NCBI GenBank assembly: GCA_041651535.1
Contig: JBAZIZ010000004.1
Coordinates: 90,341-147,906 of the forward strand
DNA length: 57,566 nucleotides
Direction of reading: 5' to 3'
From: Patescibacteria group bacterium
Lineage (GTDB): Bacteria; Patescibacteriota; Patescibacteriia; Magasanikbacterales; UBA922
Positions 53,948 to 57,566 of the stretch are shown one piece after another (position 1 is the stretch's first letter; the number at the start of each line of letters is the position of its first letter). The translations under genes were made by a program, and so were the position numbers. The notes beneath the pieces are model-generated. The model had not been told where the DNA came from. It made no database searches and saw only the letters and a program-made list of their open reading frames with translations.

Positions 53948-56881
53948 CTAACTTTTACTTATTTCTAAAACAATATTTTTTTCCGCAATCTTTTTTTCTT
54001 CACCTTCATTTTGCTTTTCAGTAATTTCACTAGCTAAAACATTTTTCTTTATTTCTGAATTATATTTTTCAAAAACATTTCTTATGAGTTCATCTTCAGT
54101 TTTAAAATAAATTTTAACCTGATCGCTGATTGTTAAATTTTTCTCTTTTCTTATTTGATTGATTGTTCTTACAATTTCTCGGACTAAACCTTCTTCTTTT
54201 AATTCTTCGCTCACAAAAACATTCAAACAAACTTTTAAATCAGTGTCTTCTTTAACAATTTCATTTTCAACTAATTTTGTATTATCTAAAAATAAAACTT
54301 GTTTAACATTTAATTCCTCAGCTATTATATCCAAATAATTTTTATCAATTTTATTTTTATTTATTTTTAAATAATTTAATGGCTGACGAACTTTTATTTT
54401 TGCTTCTTCACGCAAGGCTAAACCAAACTCAACTATTTTTCTTACTGATTCCATATCTGACAAAACTTTTTCATTTATTTTATCTTCAAGACTTTCAGGA
54501 AAATATTCTAAATGTACTGATTCTTGATTTGGATTTAATTTCAAAAATATTTTTTCCGCAATAAAAGGTGTGAATGGGGCAATTATTTTTGTTGTTTCTG
54601 TCAAAACATAGTGCAAAGTTTGTAAAGCTTTTTCTTTATCTTTTGCATCATCACCTTTAAAACGATCACGACTTCTTCTAACATACCATTGTGAAAGTTC
54701 AGTTATAAAATCTAAAATTGGACGAGCAGCTTCGGCTAATTTATATTCTTGCATCTTTTCATTAACTTCTTTTAACAAACTTTGTAATTTAGAAATTATC
54801 CAAATATCCAAAACATTATCTGAATCGGCTTTTATTTTTTTCGCAACAAAATCTCCAGAAAACATTTCGTAAAAAGAATAAATATTCCACAAAGTATTTA
54901 TAAATTTATTATACATTTCTTTTACACCTTCTTCAGCAAAATTTAATTTTTCAGCATGCATGACTGGTGAAGTAACTAGATAATAACGCATTGCATCAGC
55001 TCCATATTTTTCCAAAACAAGCATTGGATCAGGAAAATTATTTTTTGATTTTGACATTTTTTGTCCGTCTTCAGCCAAAACTATACCGTTAACAATTACA
55101 TTTTTAAAAGCTGGTGAAGAATCGTCTTTTTTTATCGCTGGATTTTTTCCTCCAGTCAAAGCTGTGGCTAAAACGTGGAGTGTATAAAACCAACCACGAG
55201 TTTGATCTTGTCCTTCAGCAATAAATTCTGCTGGAAAAATTTTTTCAAATTTTTCTTTATTTTCAAATGGATAATGCATTTGTCCATAAGGCATAGAACC
55301 AGATTCAAACCAACAATCCAAAACTTCTGGAATTCTTTTATATTCTTTGCCGTCTTTTTTAATAATTATTTTGTCAACAATATGTTTATGAATATCTGTA
55401 ATTTTTTCTCCAGATAATTTTTCCAATTCTTCCACACTGCCTATACAAATAGTATCGCCGTCTTCACTACGCCAAATAGGCATCGCTGAACCCCAAAAAC
55501 GATTTCTAGAAATTGCCCAGTCACGAGCACCTTCAAGCCAAAGACCAAAACGTCCATCTTTGATATGTTCTGGAACCCAATTTGTTTTTTTATTATTTTT
55601 TAATAATTCTTCTTTTAAACTAGTAACATCTACAAACCAAGAAGAAGTAGCATAATTTAATAAAGGAGTATCACAACGCCAACAATGCGGATAACTATGC
55701 TCATATTTTTCTTTACTAAATAATTTTCCATTATGAGCCAACCATTTTATTATTTCAATATCAGTACTACTATGATCTTCTTTTGGTTTTACTTCCAAAC
55801 CAGCAAAATCAGTTACATCTTTGGTAAAAGTTCCATCCATATTTACATGTTGAACAAAACCAACTTTATATTTTCTACCAACTTCATAATCATCTTCACC
55901 AAAAGCTGGAGCAATGTGGACTATACCTGTTCCGTCTTCAGTACTTACAAAATCAGCTCCAACTACTTGAAACGCATTTTCTGTATTAGCAAAATATGGA
56001 AATAAAGGTTCATATTTCAAACCAAGCAAATCTTTTCCTTTGACAACTTTTAAAACTTCAAAAACATCATTTTCTTCATCTTTAAAAATATCTAGAAGTC
56101 TTTCTTTGGCTATAATATAAATTTCATCATTATGTTTTACAAAACTATATTCTATTTTTTCTCCCACAGCTAACAAAACATTTCCTGGTAATGTCCAAGG
56201 AGTTGTTGTCCAGGCGAGTATAAAAACATCTTGACCAAAACCAAATTTTTCTTTTGAGTCTAAAATTTTAAACTTTGCTGTCGCTGAAATATCTTTTATA
56301 TCTTTATATCCTTGAGTTACTTCAAAATTAGAAAGTGGAGTCACACAATGAGGACAAATATGCATTGCTTTTTTTCCTTCATAAATCAAACCTTTATTCC
56401 AAAGTTCTTTGAAAACCCACCAAACTGTTTCCATAAAACTAAGATCCATAGTTTTGTAATCATTTTCCATATCTACCCAGCGTCCAGTTCGATGGATTAT
56501 TTTTTTCCAATCTTCCGCATATTTCATAACTGTTGCTCGACAAGCTTCATTAAATTTATCTACTCCGTATTCTTCAATCGCTTTTTTAGAATTCAAATTT
56601 AATTTTTTTTCAATTATATTTTCAATTGGAAGTCCATGACAATCCCAACCCCATTTTCTTTCTACTCTTTTTCCTTTCATTGTCCAATAACGTGGTACAA
56701 CATCTTTCATCAAACTAGCGACTATGTGTCCATAATGTGGAAGTCCAGTAGCAAAAGGTGGACCATCATAAAAAGCGTAGGGATTTTTTTCATCTCGTTC
56801 TGAAATTGATTTTTCAAAAATCTTTTTTTCATCCCAATATTTTAATATTTCTAATTCGTTTTCATTTGAGTTATATGGCAT
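53948..56881 (-). CDS. ileS: isoleucine--tRNA ligase, type 2 (eukaryote-like)
   Basis: YDGPPFATGLPHYGHI (HIGH), KMSKSKNN, CP1 editing insertion. 977 aa. Confidence 0.97.
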   Translation of the reverse strand: MPYNSNENELEILKYWDEKKIFEKSISERDEKNPYAFYDGPPFATGLPHYGHIVASLMKDVVPRYWTMKGKRVERKWGWDCHGLPIENIIEKKLNLNSKKAIEEYGVDKFNEACRATVMKYAEDWKKIIHRTGRWVDMENDYKTMDLSFMETVWWVFKELWNKGLIYEGKKAMHICPHCVTPLSNFEVTQGYKDIKDISATAKFKILDSKEKFGFGQDVFILAWTTTPWTLPGNVLLAVGEKIEYSFVKHNDEIYIIAKERLLDIFKDEENDVFEVLKVVKGKDLLGLKYEPLFPYFANTENAFQVVGADFVSTEDGTGIVHIAPAFGEDDYEVGRKYKVGFVQHVNMDGTFTKDVTDFAGLEVKPKEDHSSTDIEIIKWLAHNGKLFSKEKYEHSYPHCWRCDTPLLNYATSSWFVDVTSLKEELLKNNKKTNWVPEHIKDGRFGLWLEGARDWAISRNRFWGSAMPIWRSEDGDTICIGSVEELEKLSGEKITDIHKHIVDKIIIKKDGKEYKRIPEVLDCWFESGSMPYGQMHYPFENKEKFEKIFPAEFIAEGQDQTRGWFYTLHVLATALTGGKNPAIKKDDSSPAFKNVIVNGIVLAEDGQKMSKSKNNFPDPMLVLEKYGADAMRYYLVTSPVMHAEKLNFAEEGVKEMYNKFINTLWNIYSFYEMFSGDFVAKKIKADSDNVLDIWIISKLQSLLKEVNEKMQEYKLAEAARPILDFITELSQWYVRRSRDRFKGDDAKDKEKALQTLHYVLTETTKIIAPFTPFIAEKIFLKLNPNQESVHLEYFPESLEDKINEKVLSDMESVRKIVEFGLALREEAKIKVRQPLNYLKINKNKIDKNYLDIIAEELNVKQVLFLDNTKLVENEIVKEDTDLKVCLNVFVSEELKEEGLVREIVRTINQIRKEKNLTISDQVKIYFKTEDELIRNVFEKYNSEIKKNVLASEITEKQNEGEEKKIAEKNIVLEISKS

Positions 56882-56937
56882 ATATAAAAGTTTATAAGTT
56901 AATAAGCTTGTAAGCTAATTTATTTGTTAAATTTTTT

Positions 56938-56979
56938 GTTTTCCTCCCCTATTAGGGGAGAAACAAGGTGGGGTTATTT
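56938..56979. repeat. GC-hairpin repeat element copy B (TTTTCCTCCCCTATTAGGGGAGAAACAAGGTGGGGTTATTTT)
   Basis: Inverted relative to copy A (33888-33927). Lies between the ileS T-box and the ileS ATG. Confidence 0.7.
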
Positions 56980-57031
56980 TAAAAAAAATAACCTCCTCCT
57001 GATCCGCCAGCTAGCGGAAACTTTAAAGATA

Positions 57032-57232
57032 TAAAAAAACACTTGCAAATATAGGAACTTGAAATTCAAGCGGTACCATCCTATTTCTACAAATGTAGCA
57101 CTTATTTTAGCTATTACGGGCAAACCCGAGAAGTTCTACTTTTTTTCCGCCTAAGACGGATAAATTTCTTCTTCTAACCTGTAAAAAATACTTTCTGCTG
57201 ATAACAGATCAAAGGTTTTTATAATTATTTTA
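57032..57232 (-). promoter_or_regulatory. T-box leader controlling ileS
   Basis: Minus strand 57083-57050: AUAGGA-UGGUACC-GCUUGA-AUU-UCAAGU-UCCUAU is a canonical antiterminator with a 7-nt bulge. It is preceded by Stem III-like CUAC/GUAG (57097-57086) and CGGG-UUUG-CCCG (57127-57116). A U7 tract lies at 57038-57032. Confidence 0.75.
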
Positions 57233-57238
57233 CAAAAT

Positions 57239-57267
57239 GATTATATAATTATTTATGTTTTTTGTCA
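57239..57267 (-). promoter_or_regulatory. consensus promoter TTGACA-17-TATAAT for the ileS leader
   Basis: Minus strand: TTGACA 57267-57262, 17-nt spacer, TATAAT 57244-57239. Confidence 0.6.
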
Positions 57268-57312
57268 ATTAAAAACATTTTTTTAAAATTATTTATGCCA
57301 ACTAAACTTAAA

Positions 57313-57342
57313 TTGACTTTCCAAATAAATAATTGCTATAAT
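57313..57342 (+). promoter_or_regulatory. orphan promoter TTGACT-18-TGcTATAAT pointing rightwards
   Basis: TTGACT 57313-57318, TGC at 57334-57336, TATAAT 57337-57342. No ORF over 15 codons downstream before the window end. Confidence 0.4.
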
Positions 57343-57566
57343 ATAAACAAAATAATTTTATTCATAAAACTCCTTGATTTAAAATTTATATAAATATTTT
57401 AGCAAATTTTAGCTAAAAATTTAATAAGTTTGTATAAAAGATGTTATGTGAAATAGCCATAAATTTCTTTACTATTTTTTAAGATTTTTTTTGGCAATTT
57501 ATTTCGGGTCGAACATAGCTTGTGATATAATTTAGTCAGTTTAATAATTTAATCAATAAACCTATG

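Noticed and set aside
57336-57365. Nine-codon minus-strand ORF MNKIILFIL with GGAG SD upstream of the ileS leader, as an Ile/Leu-rich attenuator peptide.
   Set aside because: It lies upstream of the ileS leader promoter (so is not in that transcript). It overlaps the plus-strand promoter. Such ORFs are expected by chance in A/T-rich DNA.
1-57566. Alternative genetic code (UGA as Gly or Trp, as in some CPR lineages and Mollicutes).
   Set aside because: Long conserved proteins (uvrA, gyrA, ileS, thrS, glmS) read through with code 11 and end at sensible positions, and Trp positions use TGG.

Overview
AT-rich bacterial window using the standard genetic code (long conserved ORFs such as uvrA, gyrA, ileS and a 1213-aa protein have no in-frame TGA). 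It is densely packed with about 60 genes. The gene content looks like a reduced-genome Patescibacteria/CPR (Parcubacteria-like) organism; this is an inference from content, not a search result. Supporting content: class I aldolase, 2-oxoacid:ferredoxin oxidoreductase, an NT-only GlmU-like enzyme, a type IV pilus module (pilB, then pilC-pilM-pilN-pilO-like), a VirB2/TrbC-like T4SS-pilin domain protein, a giant lamin-tail-domain surface protein, and a four-helix-bundle (23S IVS-type) gene. Housekeeping genes: rpiB, glmS, uvrA, thrS, rpsA, gyrA, rpsF-ssb-rpsR, miaB-miaA, ruvA, ileS. Observations the ORF track does not explain: (1) Two T-box leaders on the minus strand. One, with an ACC (Thr) specifier, sits upstream of a GNAT-thrS operon. 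The other, with a textbook antiterminator, sits upstream of ileS. Both have consensus sigma70-like promoters and non-canonical architecture. (2) A ~135-nt GC-enriched intergenic element (27208-27341) has four perfect 7-10 bp helices, one of which crosses the others and is followed by a U-tract, so it may be an unclassified riboswitch or ncRNA. (3) A ~34-nt A/T-rich motif with core TTAATTTTGCATTTT occurs 7 times, usually wedged between a stop codon and its terminator hairpin. A near-perfect inverted pair of this motif brackets the four-helix-bundle gene, giving a cassette-like unit. (4) A RimK-type glutamate ligase is translationally coupled to a PghP/FGase-like hydrolase, while S6 lacks a Glu tail. 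(5) A minority of small lineage-specific ORFs carry strong Shine-Dalgarno sites, and two of these cassettes share a near-identical UUCG terminator hairpin, whereas conserved genes lack an SD. One of these is a two-peptide operon behind a perfect TTGACA-17-TATAAT promoter. No rRNA, tRNA, CRISPR array or recognisable transposase/integrase was found.
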